64,000 nucleotides of DNA. Origin: Iphione sp. A-MEVVRFRX5. Lineage: Eukaryota. The translations under genes were made by a program, and so were the position numbers. The stretch lies in NCBI GenBank assembly GCA_976226885.1, contig OZ320320.1, positions 59,458,001 to 59,522,000 on the forward strand, read 5' to 3'. Shown one piece after another: positions 24,546 through 37,351 of the stretch; the first letter of the stretch is position 1; the number at the start of each line of letters is the position of its first letter. Under the pieces are notes generated by a model that saw only the letters and a program-made list of their open reading frames with translations, searched no databases and had not been told where the DNA came from.

Positions 24546-26215
24546 CATAACTTGACATCACCCCTGTATTCATATTTTGTTCCAGCCAATGCACACAAAG
24601 ATAAGGAAACCCAGCCCTTAGTGAGAGAATGTTGTCGGGGGCATCAATATACGTGTACTTAGTTCAAGTAGAACATATAATATAAACACACTGTACACAT
24701 AAAGAGTGTAGACTAGCAATTATTATGAGCTTTCTTCACTGAGAAGATGTGCCACTCTCATCCTTTTCTTTGGCCCACTCACTGTTCGTGACAGGGATTC
24801 TGCCTGAATCTTAACAGCGTGTCCCAAACCATCAGCAACCGGTTTCCAATTTTTGTTGCCTTAGTCAAAAGGACCTGACCGTCCAGACATTAATTTTGGC
24901 TCTCCCATGGGAGCTAGTATTAATACCAGCCGCCTGAGGTAGTACCCGCCCCTGCTACCGTCACTTGCTGAAAATTATGGCTAATTCTTATGGATAAGTA
25001 CAGCAATAATGAATTAGTGACCAAGTGCTCAACTCTAATATACTCATCTTTAAGACTTCATTACGCTCACTGATGTTCACTTGGAATTTGACCAGCTAAA
25101 AAAGATGTCTATGACCCATCCGACCCCGTTCTCAATCATTAAGGTACTTTTTATATTTTTCTTGTAAATATCTTCAGAATGAATAAGAGAGAGAGACTGA
25201 TACTTTATCTGTGCCTTAGCTTTTATATGATATAAATTTAATTAAGATCCAAGTACTAGGAGTAATTTTAAGGTATTGTCTAGCTTTTCCATTGGAACAT
25301 TTTATCTAAAAAACAACAACACCCAAAACCTACTCTACATTCTTTTCAAAATGTTACCAGAAACACAGATATTTTCGGGGGCGAGGGGGGGGGGGTTGTA
25401 GGGGCCTAATTAGGATGCTGCTGTGACTTGGGTATAGATAGATATGATAGGAACACAGCACTCAAAGATCACTAGGTATTGGGAGTGGCAAAAGTGTAAA
25501 TATACATGTACTGCCATTGATAAACCCGATAACATGTGATGGCGGAATTTGATTGTAGCCGTGTGATAAAAACCTCATAAATTATGAACTATGGAAGAAT
25601 GATTGTTAGATGTTACGACACAAGTAAGAAGAATATGTAGAGGTGGGCTAATAAACCTAATAATATACAGAGTGAGGTAAAAAGGCTTTGACTTGGTGTA
25701 AGAGCTGTCATAGTGTGCATCAGAAGCTTTAGACAGTGTATGCTTAATATCATAACCCTCCAAAAAATCAACGACTGAGTTTAACAGACACTATGACAAA
25801 AATTGAGATAGACCGCTTATGCAGAACGCAATAGTGCAAATGATACATATTTTCACACAAGCAATAGATATTACTTCTTTTACATATATGAAATAGGACC
25901 TAAGAGGTGATAATTTGTTATAGGTATAGGATTACTAAGAGTAATTCTTCCATAATACATCAATTGGTGAGAGGGACTTTGATTTATATCTCTTGTTCCC
26001 ATCTGCCTCCTTTGTTAATTTCATGGCACCATTACCTGTCGGTCTTACGTTATCGTATTTATTCAGTCCTCTTTGCTACTAATCTTTCTGCCACCATGCA
26101 GGCTATGGTATCTGTCTGCTCCTCTTCTTCCTTGACATCGTTCAACAGGTCTTACTAGCATGCAAGACGTGCAGGCCATGCAACTCTCTCCAAACATTAA
26201 CACCAATTTTGGTCC

Positions 26216-26266
26216 TACATACATACGTTCGTACATACATACATACATACATACACGTACACACAC
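26216..26266. repeat. Interrupted (TACA)n/(CA)n microsatellite
   Basis: Read directly from the sequence. Confidence 0.9.
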
Positions 26267-27849
26267 AGAGGGTCTCCCGTCTCACCTACCACCCGACCCA
26301 TACAGCCAGTTCTCACTACTTCTTGTATTTTTTTTTCATAATCCCCCCCCCCCTCAAGAGTTTTCCTTCTCTTACGGGAAACTCGTTCGACGACCGGTTT
26401 AGCGCCATGCGAGGCGCACGCAGCTACTTAGGTTTCCACCTCCATGCACGCTGGGTTACGCTACATCGCTCGATTTCTTAGGCCACTATACATTTACTGC
26501 AATGCCTAATTGGTTAGGACTTCATCATTCAGACCATGAGAGAGCCAGACGAATATAACCAGTTCTGGTTCTACTGCTTATCAGCCCGTGCGGAGACACC
26601 GGCGACATTCTTTCAGAAAAGGTGTTAATCTACGGATGCATTTGTATTAAGTGTGATGAGAATAATTGTTTTGACAGGTACAGAAAATGTGCGCTGTGCT
26701 TAATTAAATTACTTAAATTATACCTAATGGGGTCAGGCACCATTATACCACATCAGTAATTTCTACAGCGAGAGACATCACTTGATAAATTACACGTGTG
26801 GTAGAGGGCATTCACCTATAACAGTGTGAATATCGGTAGAATCTATTATTCTATTATTTCGTTTAAAAATAAAGTAATAGATCTCTGTTTTAATGAGGTG
26901 GAGGAGAGGCGAGGGATACAGAAAAAGAGACACGGAGACATGGATAAAGAGGGGGAACGCGTAGGCGAGTAGATTAACACATTAATGTACACGCAATGGG
27001 GACATCCTCTCCAGTGGGTAACGAATACGACTTAACAGCTCCCTCCATATATCCCACCCAGTTGCCCGGACGAGGTGATAGGATATCAGGAGATGCTAAC
27101 GAAACATTCGGATTGTTTGAAAAAGTATTGCAAAAACAATTGTATTAGTTTTTTTCCTTCCTTTCCATATTTCCTCGACTATATGGAAACGAGGAGAGAA
27201 GGACAGGTAGACCGACAGCAGGGCCTTTTCTTAAGATACTCTATTCTTGTTCTTTCATTCTCTTCTGCCTGCCTTAGCCTGACGCCCCCAGGCTACACCT
27301 CACTCTGCACCCCCTCTGCACAATTCCCCTCAGCGACATGTCCCTTGTGGCACCTGTCTGCCACTACCATGTTTAGAAGAAGCAAGAGTTTTAAGTTTTT
27401 TCTATGGTACACGTCTCATTGAGATCCCGGCACCCGGCCTACCTTGCTGAAATCCCTAATACAGATTTTCAACTAGGACCTCACAGATTTTTAGTACTTC
27501 TACCTCCATAACACCCCCACCCTCCTGCCCCTTCCGTCGTTCTTAACAGTCTGTATTTTCACAGTAGTTACTCCCCGCCCCACGTCCCACCTAGGCCAAG
27601 CATGTTTACTGTGGCCAGGCCATTTACGTATACCAAACCAACCTGTCCATGAAGACCAACATGAAAACTAACTTGTAAATACTTACCATAGGCTTAAGGC
27701 TTCTCAGTATGTGGTACCTCTGGGTCATTTACGTAAAGATTTCTGCGGTTTGATAGAAAGTAAATACTCATAACACGCTCTAACCTTAGCAGTATGTAAC
27801 CTCTACATGCCATCTTCAAAAACAGGACCCAGTGATAGGTATACTCACC

Positions 27850-28350
27850 CATAATGTTACCCCTCAATATTATCGTCTCTAGGTTAAGTTGGCATATGGA
27901 CCCCATTTAAGCTGCAGACAGTCCTCAACTGATATGAATTTTCGGTGGACCAGCCATCCTGACAAATAGAATATAAGCCAGTAATTTACAGACAATAGGC
28001 AGCAAATGTTCTCATTGTAACTGATATGTATTAATATCTACACCCCTTCTACTACAAAGGAGACAAGGAAGGGGACCTACTAAGGAACCCCATCCCTCTT
28101 GGAGGTGGGGGACAAAAATCACATCTCAAACTTCATAAACCCAGATGTTACCATAGCCAATCTTATATACCCGTCCCTTTGCCCTGTTTTGTAACACTGA
28201 GAGAAGCACACCCCCCGTACCATCAGAAGTCAAACTTCTGTACCTGGCACAGCCATATATCTATCTACCCTGCCTCTCACTCTACAATATGGATAGAGAA
28301 GGACAACTATGATAATATCATCAAGCCATAGCATAGCACAATGTTATGTC
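27850..28350 (-). mobile_element. LINE AP-endonuclease relic (CR1/L2-like)
   Basis: Ordered minus-strand motifs DITLC/WLDDIL, YRSLTSDGTGGVLLSV, NIWV, GPP and, ~25 aa later, ETIILRGN, matching DI..ETWLDD, YRxDR..GGGVL, IWV and YRPP..IILxGDFN; frameshifted. Confidence 0.45.
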
Positions 28351-30045
28351 ATATATACAGGGATATATAAACATTTGGGTTTTTTTATTTTCGTGGAATA
28401 TTGGTAGGGATTACAGTTCGAAGTCGCTTGCCTAACGAGAATGTTAGTCAAATCGAAAACGTCATTCGTATGTCCGCTCTCACATGCAGTGAAACCTCTG
28501 TATTCGGCCACCCCAGAGCAAGAGTTACCTCACTAATTGGGTCACATGTTGGTGGAACAAAGCCATTTATTTATAGTTTATCTTTCAAAACTGGGTCTAT
28601 AAATAGGGACAATTTCACTTGTAATTAAGGTGCCCCCTAAGTGGGGTTTTACTGTATATGACAAACAGTGGAGGCCATAGAGGGCCTTGCAACCATAAAA
28701 AGGTGTCATTCATGGTAAAACGGGCAGATCTACTGACAGGAAGACAGTAGCCTCATGACAACTAGCGCATGGGAAATGCCATCCATGGCATGAGTGTAAG
28801 CCCATAGTCCATGCCAGCCATGTTATCTACTATCTTGATAGCTAACCGCAATCTGTAACACTGTCAGAGAAGCGGACCTTTACCACTCACGTCAGTTCAC
28901 GGCCTATAGCGATATTCTATGCATATGTATGCCATTACCGCTTTCGGACTTGGAGAAAAGAACAGAAGCTTTGTTCGCCCACTCCTTGCTGCGATTACAG
29001 CGGTTTATCTACCCCAATTCCATCCTAATGGATTCGACCTGAAAGTTTTTCAGTTCAAATTATAGAATTGGACTGCCTTACTTTTTTGTCAGTATCCGTG
29101 TTAGGTGTCGTGTTGAGCTGGGCGCTCTAAGTGACAACCATTGAGTTGGAGAGTACAAGAGATGAATGATATCAATAATGACCTGACCTAGGGCTCAAGA
29201 GATTAAGGGGAGTGAAAGGAAGACGAAGGGTGTGTTGAGATGACGTCAACCTACATCAAGGTGCTGTCAGGGGGAAGGAGGTCACTCAAGTAGACACTGC
29301 TTCCATGTGAACGGTTTGAAAACAATCCAGCGGTCCGCTTTGGAGGGAGTCTTTCACAGACCATAATGTAATCTGTACAGTAAGAGGATGAGTATTATAG
29401 GAACGGTGGGAACTTAAAATTATGACCACCAATGGGACTAGACGAAACTGCCCTTAGCTACAAGCTGCCTTCCTACCTTAGTTGGTTATTTTATAGAAAA
29501 ATATACCACTGGGACCAGCCACTCTTGCCCTTAATCCGGGAGTGCCCTCACAGATGAGTTGCCCACAAGGTGAGTTGCTACTGTATGTACATTTAAGTAC
29601 AAATATATAAGTATGTGGGTCTATGCCTAAACCCTAAGCTTCTTTACCCGACTCTCGCTAGATAAAGCAGGACAAAACGACACTCCCTTCTACAAAAATA
29701 TATATGTAAGAATATACCTGAAATAATTTCGTCGTATATATGAATTATCCCTTTTAACAATTTTAAATTTGCTTGAAATATAAATGATCAGAATGAAGAG
29801 TGGCTTCTCTTGAAGAGCGAAACCTGATAGGACCTCCTGCATGGATTCAGATGTATAAATCAAAGTATACCAGCGTGCTAGCGCCACATCATTCCACGCA
29901 TATAATTGAATGATTTAATATACAGACTTCATGGTCATTATGCTGTCGAATCGGAAGTAGGTTATACGTGGGCAGGGGTACCTCCCTCCACATTTGAGAA
30001 TTATTGCGCTGCCACGTATACATGTATATGCTCTTGCCTGTTATT

Positions 30046-30205
30046 CACTCCAAGCTGCACACCTTCATAGCTACGACATCACTTCTACCAGGCCAACGAC
30101 GCAAGGCTAGACCTGCATTGTTAGAATAGCTTTCTACTCAATATGCAGAGCAATATATGCTTAACATGCACACTTAGGATAGCTTCCTCCCTTCTACTGT
30201 GTTTG
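30046..30205 (+). mobile_element. Possible CR1-type LINE ORF2 3' end relic
   Basis: Plus frame ..QRRKARP..NMHT*DSFLPSTV resembles the CR1 terminal R..R..RT..YxxSFFPxT motif. Confidence 0.3.
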
Positions 30206-31893
30206 CTAATGTTACGCTTTCCGGATTCCGTGCAGTTTCACCCTGGGAAGGCATCTTATAGGAAGCCATTAAAGCAGTCAAGACATATAATTATTTTGTT
30301 GTGTTTTCAGTGAATGAAGGTCCACATTTATCGATTATTCACGTCCTTGTATAGTCTCGTACAAACAAACATGATTTCAAACAATAAACAACCAGGAACA
30401 TGAGTGGTATTTTGCAGTTCCCAGGCAACTATTTCGCAATGTCGTGATATAATACGCCAAACGGAAATTTCTTCCCCAGATCTTTATCCCTTCCAGCTGG
30501 GAGAAATATGAAATATGGACATAAAATTGATAGCGTTTGGTGATGGCGTTTCCCTGGTGCATACATACACAGGCCCGATGATACTGTGTACTTATCATCA
30601 GGATAGCTTCTCACCTATTACCTATGCCTGCATGGTTAGTACACCCCACCAGTAAAATATTTCGAGATATGCATCAATAGACTAAACTGACAGCCACTAT
30701 GTGGGGCTACACATGCACAGTAGGGATAGTTCCCCTCTTCTACCTACAATCTTACATAATCATGTTATTCTACCTGCTACACAGAGGTGAACATGATACG
30801 GTTAGATCATCCTCACACTCCTGTCACCCCTGTAATGCTGCGTGAGCATCTTTGAGCTAGACTTTTGTCTAGCATGTTGCACTGATTTAGAGAGCATCTC
30901 AAATAGCAAACCTATGCCCTCAGTTCATGTGTATGCATCATAAAGAGCATACAGTAGCAACTCACCCAACTGGTGAGAAACCAGAAAGGGCTACTCAGAT
31001 TTAAGGGTTGCAATACTTCATGATATATGCATGAGAAAAGCAAACCTCTATTAAGCTCATCTCTCCACTAAATAGAGAATTCGATGGCTCATTCAATGGC
31101 CACTTTGTTTTATTACTTTAGTACATTAAGTATATATGTGAGAGCTGTTCCCACAGGTAGGGGCATGGAGAGAATAACAATTTGATACTTTGACACAAGG
31201 GGTCATTCACACATGTTCACCCAACAGATTCCGTTGTTGTGGGTGCCCCTTTGGCCCTACCGGGGCGTTTTCTCACAGGTTTGTGACTATAACTCCACAG
31301 GTGGCAACAAGTGATATCAAGCATTGAGAACCGGGCACTGCTGCCAATTAATACAATCTAGCAATTACCCTCAGAGGTTTTCAGGTGCTTCACACTATAG
31401 CTGAAACCGCCTCGTAGCTCAACCCCCACCTCACCCCACCCCCTTGTCTACAATCTAAATCCGCGGGCCTACCAACAAGCCACCCTTTCCTTCACGTGTT
31501 CCGAGATGGTGGACCAGGGAGACTAATGGGCTATGGTTCAAGGAATCTCCACTAAGGGGCCGTATTAGTGGCAACTTAAATGTCCCATTAGCGTGAATTT
31601 TGTTGCTCCGTGGACTTAAAGGGGAGGGGTAGGTGTGCATATACATGTATATGAGGGTTGGGCGAGGAAGCAATGGGGGGGGTGATGCTCTGTCACTAGT
31701 AGAAGTAGAAGCCCAACATGTCTTATAGCCTAATATTGTCTTCCTCCTTTTCCGCGTTTAACTGCTACCACATACAAACGACGATTAAGCCAGAAGTAAA
31801 GAATCATCGAGACAAGGATCGTTCCAGTGAAAATAGCGGTTATTAAAAGAGGGAGGTATGATTGGTGAATTGAAGTACAGAATATAAAATATA

Positions 31894-33221
31894 GGGGAAA
31901 GGTGGGTAATTTGGACCAGTGGGTAAATTGGACCACATCAAGATCTCTGATTTTCAGGCAAGGAAGGAATACGAGCACCATCCAACAACAAGTAATATAA
32001 CTACACAATGTCTCAGAACTAAAATATGGTGGTTTCAAAAAAACATGTGCCAAGTTGAGACACATTATTGGATTTATGTCTCACTGATCTAATTTTACCA
32101 ATTATATTTGGCAATGTAGTTGCAAGCAGAAAGTACATAGACCCCTATCATAACTTTATAGCAATACTGTCTCACTCAGAAGCAATACTAACATCAAGTT
32201 TAGTCTCTGTTATCTACACAAAAATGAGCAGAAAACATTTTTCCTGGAGATTGGTGTGTGGGTAAATTGGACCACTATAGGGAGGGTATATTGGACCACT
32301 GGTCAAATTACCTGACTCAGTCCAATCTACCTACACAACCATTACCTTTTCTTTTATTTGTTAAGCAGGCTTTGGAGAAACCTTGTGGTATCCATATTTG
32401 GTCTCAACATGGAGCTATCATATGAAGACAATCTATTTTGAACTAAGACAGTAAATGTAGTGCAAGTTTATGAAACCCCGTGATTTACCCTTTTCTACTG
32501 TTTGTATTTTTTTATTGAAATGATAGACATCATTTAAAAAATAAATAGAGAAACATTTATTGGTTTTTATTTATTTACTTTTGGTTTTAACATATTTTGG
32601 ACTTTTAATGACAAGATAACTGGTATAGATGTGTGGTAATTTGCCTGGGTATTCAAGAAGGTCATCAACAAAGCTCCTGTTACCAGTGCAAAGAGCTTTT
32701 TAGGTCTAAGAGGTCATCTTGTCAAATGAATTTTTCCAGTTTTTGAAATGTTTGGTGAAACACTTTAAATATACATGTACACACAGTTTATAAAGTTGCA
32801 GCAACAGGTATGAAAGGAATCTAATACCCCAGGAATGCAGGTCCCATTTTGTTGTACATATTTTTATGATAGAAGTCACAAAGTCCATTGGCATTACAAC
32901 CAATAGTGACCAAAACCTTTCAAAGACATGCTGTTGTTCATGGGACTTACAATTCTAGGGCCTAAATTCATTTTACACCTGACTGTTCAGACTATGGCAC
33001 CTGGTCCAATTTACCCTCCCTGTTCGGTAAACTGTTCCAGTCATAAAAGATTTCCAATTGCATTTTACTCAAAGACTAATGTAACTAAAATTCCCCTAGT
33101 TTGTTAAAATATGCTGTGGTCCCTATTGCTTCAAAAACAGCAAAGTTCTTGTACAGTGGCTTAGACATTTTGATGCTAGAGCATGTTTCTCTTAGGGGGT
33201 CCAAATTACCCACCCTTCCCC
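31894..33221. mobile_element. Non-autonomous DNA transposon (1328 bp), 24-bp TIRs, TA target-site duplication (Tc1/mariner-pogo-like)
   Basis: Left TIR GGGGAAAGGTGGGTAATTTGGACC (31894-31917); right TIR 33198-33221 matches 23/24; TA at 31892-31893 and 33222-33223; no transposase ORF; second copy at 59969. Confidence 0.88.
32280..33020. mobile_element. Inner TIR-like pair (nested related element or internal transposase-binding repeats)
   Basis: GGGAGGGTATATTGGACCA (32280-32298, preceded by TA) vs TGGTCCAATTTACCCTCCC (33002-33020), 18/19 inverted; the right flank is TG, not TA. Confidence 0.6.
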
Positions 33222-36200
33222 TACATGTATACAAATCACCCTCCACCTCCCACTGACATCGCAAGTTAGTAGATGGTCCGGCGGGAACCAGCAAGTGGCT
33301 TGTGGCAGTTTTTTTTATCATTTTCTGTATTGCCTTCAATATCTAATGACTCAGCATGGTGAGAAGTGGCATAGGTTGAGCCAGTGATGTCAGATACTGA
33401 ATCGAGGAGTGAACTGACTCCGGCTATTTATAGCCTTTCATAACTAAATGCTTCATCAGAGTGAGAAGTCATATAAGTTCAACTTGTAATGGTTCAGTTC
33501 GGGTTTTGTGGAAGGTCTACCTCCAGGCCTATTGAGTAGGGCTTTCGATACAATACACATGGTTTGCCTTTATCTGCACTTCCGTCTGACTTCGCCTGAC
33601 TCTCTCTCTCTCTCTCTACGTCTTTCTCTTGCCTAACGCTACAATTGTTCACATATTTGCCTATCTTGTTTCCCTTCCTCTGTCTCTCTTTTGTCCCTTG
33701 CTCGCCTCTTGTCATGGAAGAGAAGATGCACAGACATGATTTGGCTGAGTGACGGGCATGTGTTACGTTACCTACCAATGTTACCTGGATGTCGGGAGCT
33801 ATCTCTCTAAGTTCCCCATCCCACCCCACCCCACCCGCTCCCCAACATCCATCCCCACCCCTATCCCCACCAGCATGACGTGGCACTCGTCATTCCTGCC
33901 GGGAGATCATTCCCAAATAACCATTTCACACTTCAGAAATTGGAGGCGCGGCAGAATTGTCCACAAATGATACAGCCCTTAGAGAAGAGGACAGAGGCAG
34001 AAATGCAGTCGGAGGATTTTGCTGAGATAGGCCATACAGAGTTCTTCTTTGTGAATCTTCTGACACGGGTCTTGCTGTGGCTGTTTTGGGGATCTCTTTG
34101 TAAGGTATTTATGGCCAACGAAGCAATAAATCAAACAGAGCCAGGCCCCGTTTAGTCCCCCCCCTACCTGGGCGCCCATTGACTCTCTCTGGAATGTGTT
34201 TTCTCCATTACTTAACCCTAGGATACTGAAGCTGCTGCATAGGTACAAAGGTATCATGAGGTATGAGATACAATCAGAGCGGATCAGATCAAAAGAATCC
34301 CAATGAGTGGAGGTTGTGCGATATATAAACCTTAGACACAAATGTCTTGAGTCGTGACAACCACTAACTGATGGTCGCTAAAAAAATGACATCTTCATTG
34401 TACAAGAATTATTGACTTCATACAGACTGCGGAAATTGCCTCAATATTTCAGACCGCCTATATAATCTGCAATATACATCACCAGGCACATTGGTGCAAT
34501 AAGTAACGATGAAGTGTCTAGCCACAGAGGCTATGTTAACCTGTGTGTCGTCCTGAGGTAAAACAACCTTCTTATGCGGGATGTTCGATGGGTGGGAGCT
34601 TTCAATAACAGTATATGGAGAGTAAAGGCAGGCATCCCGGTGAGGCCCCGCCTTCTGTCAATACAACCAGGTGGAGGGAGAGCGAAGACCAAACACAGGT
34701 TTAGGGGAGAGTATGGGAAGAAGGGCGTACTCTTCCCAGAGGGAGTCTGTGGTAGTAGGGGGTATGTACAGGTATACAGTACACACACACACACTCAGAC
34801 GTACGTCAAAGCAATAAGAGGGAACTAGGACTAGAAAGCACTTTAGATCTACGTTAAAGAAATGTACCGATTACTTTATGAAAAAACAACAACAAAGAGC
34901 ATGATTACACTTGCATGAATACACGGCGTAATGCTTTGATTCCATCAGAATTAGACACTTACAGATCTAATGAATGATAGAGTATTTTGGGGGGTAGACT
35001 TCCCTTTTCGTCCCACTAATGACACGCATGGTAAAACTAACTTCAATTTATAGAGAGGAAGTCGTTCAGTCATCATCATCATAAAAACAGGGTTTTCTCA
35101 GATCTTTATCAGCATGAATTTAGCGACAAGAGTGTATTTTAACCTCCACGATAATAGGGCACTCATAGATTTATATCGAAACAGAGTTTCATCACCATCA
35201 AGTCAGGGCAAATTTTTAACATGCTCTAGGACAGAGAACCTCATATTCCGGAGGTCAACGGGGCGTTCATAGGAAAGGTGGGCCAATAAAACTTTTATAT
35301 TACAGTAAGAAGAATGTTTAGTGTGATTTATATGATCATTCTTTTATACTGACGGCGACAATGTAGGTGATTTCACGTTTAGGTTAGTTAGATTAATAAT
35401 CCTTTAGGTGTCTCCGCAGACTTGCCGTGATTGAAAACACAGCTTAACTGCAGTCAGAATTGCCTATACCAAATGTAACTTTACAATGGCCTTCTGTCAC
35501 CGAAACTTTGGGGGAACATCAGCATTAAAGCCTACTTATTCAACCTGGACTGTGTATAGCAATTTAGGCTTATTTACTATCATTTTAAATATATCCCTCC
35601 CTCCTGGACTAAATACTTATTGACATTCAGAAAATAATCGACGATTTCGAGTGCAAAGTTCTATTTACCCAAATGATATGAATGAATTCAGATAAACACG
35701 TGTGTCTCCTGCACTCAATCCTTATCTAATAGGATTTTGGAAGCCATTTTAAGCCAGTCATGTCGGAACCCACAGATGTCGTTGTTAAAGGTAAGTATAA
35801 TGAGTCATGGCCCTAGCCCACTTTCTGTTTGGTCCGGAAAAAGCAGGAATTATTTTGATGGGGCGGGAAGAAACGATCGACTGTATTATTAAAATTCTAG
35901 TACATGCCCTTGAAATGCTACTCGGAAATTCGCATAGCAGTCAACATAGGTAACTTGAGGAGTGTAGTTCAGATATCAAACATGATTTACAGAGAAAATA
36001 AAATAAAGAGGCACAAATGACTAGGTGGCATTTAATGAATTGATGACCAGCAAGGAGCAAGTTGTAATAATGTCAGTACAGATCAAAGCTTGGCGTACGC
36101 TGCATTGCCACTGTAGTTTCGCGGGCCTAGGACAGACAACACTTAACGTTCCATCTTCTTTTAAGTTCAGCATTTTTCGTTCGTCTCTTACCGAAGTACA

Positions 36201-37160
36201 TTGGCGTTAATGTTCCTTAAGTGCGAATACTGATAGCATATTGGCACAGTTTGTTTTTGTGATTTCTTCGATCCTAATCAGTCGTCCGTGATGAGTGCTT
36301 CTACCCAAGTGATCACCAACAGGGGCGCCACTAGACGAGCAGTGGTGGAGGCGACGGCGTGTGGTGGCAGCTACGTTAGGGAGAACGTTGACGAGGTACT
36401 GCTAGGTGATTGGGTCCCGACGTATGAGAGACAAATGGACCAAGTCCGTGGGAAGTATGTATAAAGGGATGGACCAAGATTCGGGAAAAGAGATGGAGGA
36501 CTGAAGAGAATGTAAGGGCTGGTATTAAGGGCGCATGTGAAAGGCGGACGACTTAAACGGACCAAACATTGAGAGGTTAGGCTACAGACAAATGCGAGTA
36601 TGGGAGAGAGTGATTATTAGGTAGGCAGCGTGGGTTAGAGGCAACAGTGAACGCTTAGAAGGTGTTTGAGTGAGTGAGTCGCCAGCCCTTGCGATAGACG
36701 AGAGGACGGATGTGTATTCCACGAAGAATTGGCTGGGGTTGTGCAGTGTTAGAGAGATCGCAAATCTTTGGAAACTGACCTACGCGGCTGGACCAAATAT
36801 ATTATGGGCTTGTAGAGTCCTACCTCGGCGGGGATACAAGAATCAGGAAAGGTCTAGCAATGTACATCATTAACTTTTGATGCCGTGAATAGTTAATGTC
36901 ATATATCGATTAAAGTACATCTATACTGATAAAGTAACTAGCCCACTCTACCTGACAGGAAATTATAGCTAGTCTCAGGACAGTAACAGGAAGTTTGATG
37001 ATTTAGGCTGGCTTTCCCTGTATCCGGTGTTCTCTACGCACTGTGTGGCTGTCTAGAAAATAGCACCTCTCCGCAGAGCTGTTTTCCATGTATGTGGAGA
37101 GAGAGAGATAGAGAGAGAGAGTGAGGAGTTGGAGAGACACAGAGAGGCACAGCGATATAA

Positions 37161-37326
37161 GCCCAGTTCTGTTAAAACTGCGTGTTTTTTTTTACCAAGC
37201 GGAAAGAATTCCACCCAATTCTGTTAAAACTGCATAGTTTTTTGTACCAATCGGAAAGAATTCTGCCCATTTCTGGTAAAACTGCATGTTTTTGGTACCA
37301 ATCGGAAAGAATTCCAGCCAATTCGG
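37161..37326. repeat. 51-52-bp minisatellite, ~3.2 copies
   Basis: GGAAAGAATT recurs at 37201, 37253 and 37304; unit ~GCCCARTTCTGTTAAAACTGCATGTTTTTTGTACCAATCGGAAAGAATTCC. Confidence 0.92.
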
Positions 37327-37332
37327 TTTTTA

Positions 37333-37351
37333 ATGCAAATTATATGCAAAT
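37333..37351 (+). promoter_or_regulatory. Tandem octamer motifs ATGCAAAT x2
   Basis: ATGCAAAT at 37333-37340 and 37344-37351; probably part of a repeat body, function unproven. Confidence 0.3.

Noticed and set aside
25060-25140. FTWN / FDQLKK..HP resembling a Gypsy RT-RH connection
   Set aside because: Short, split across frames and unsupported by neighbouring motifs.
25789-25804. CACTATG next to ACAAAAATT (ProtoRAG/RSS-like heptamer and nonamer)
   Set aside because: The spacer is zero; no CACAGTG or CACTATG I checked has a correctly spaced nonamer, and no RAG-like coding sequence was seen.
26400-26430. GCGCC/GGCGC hairpin followed by CTACT as a Helitron 3' end
   Set aside because: The stem is only 5 bp and the terminus is not CTRR.
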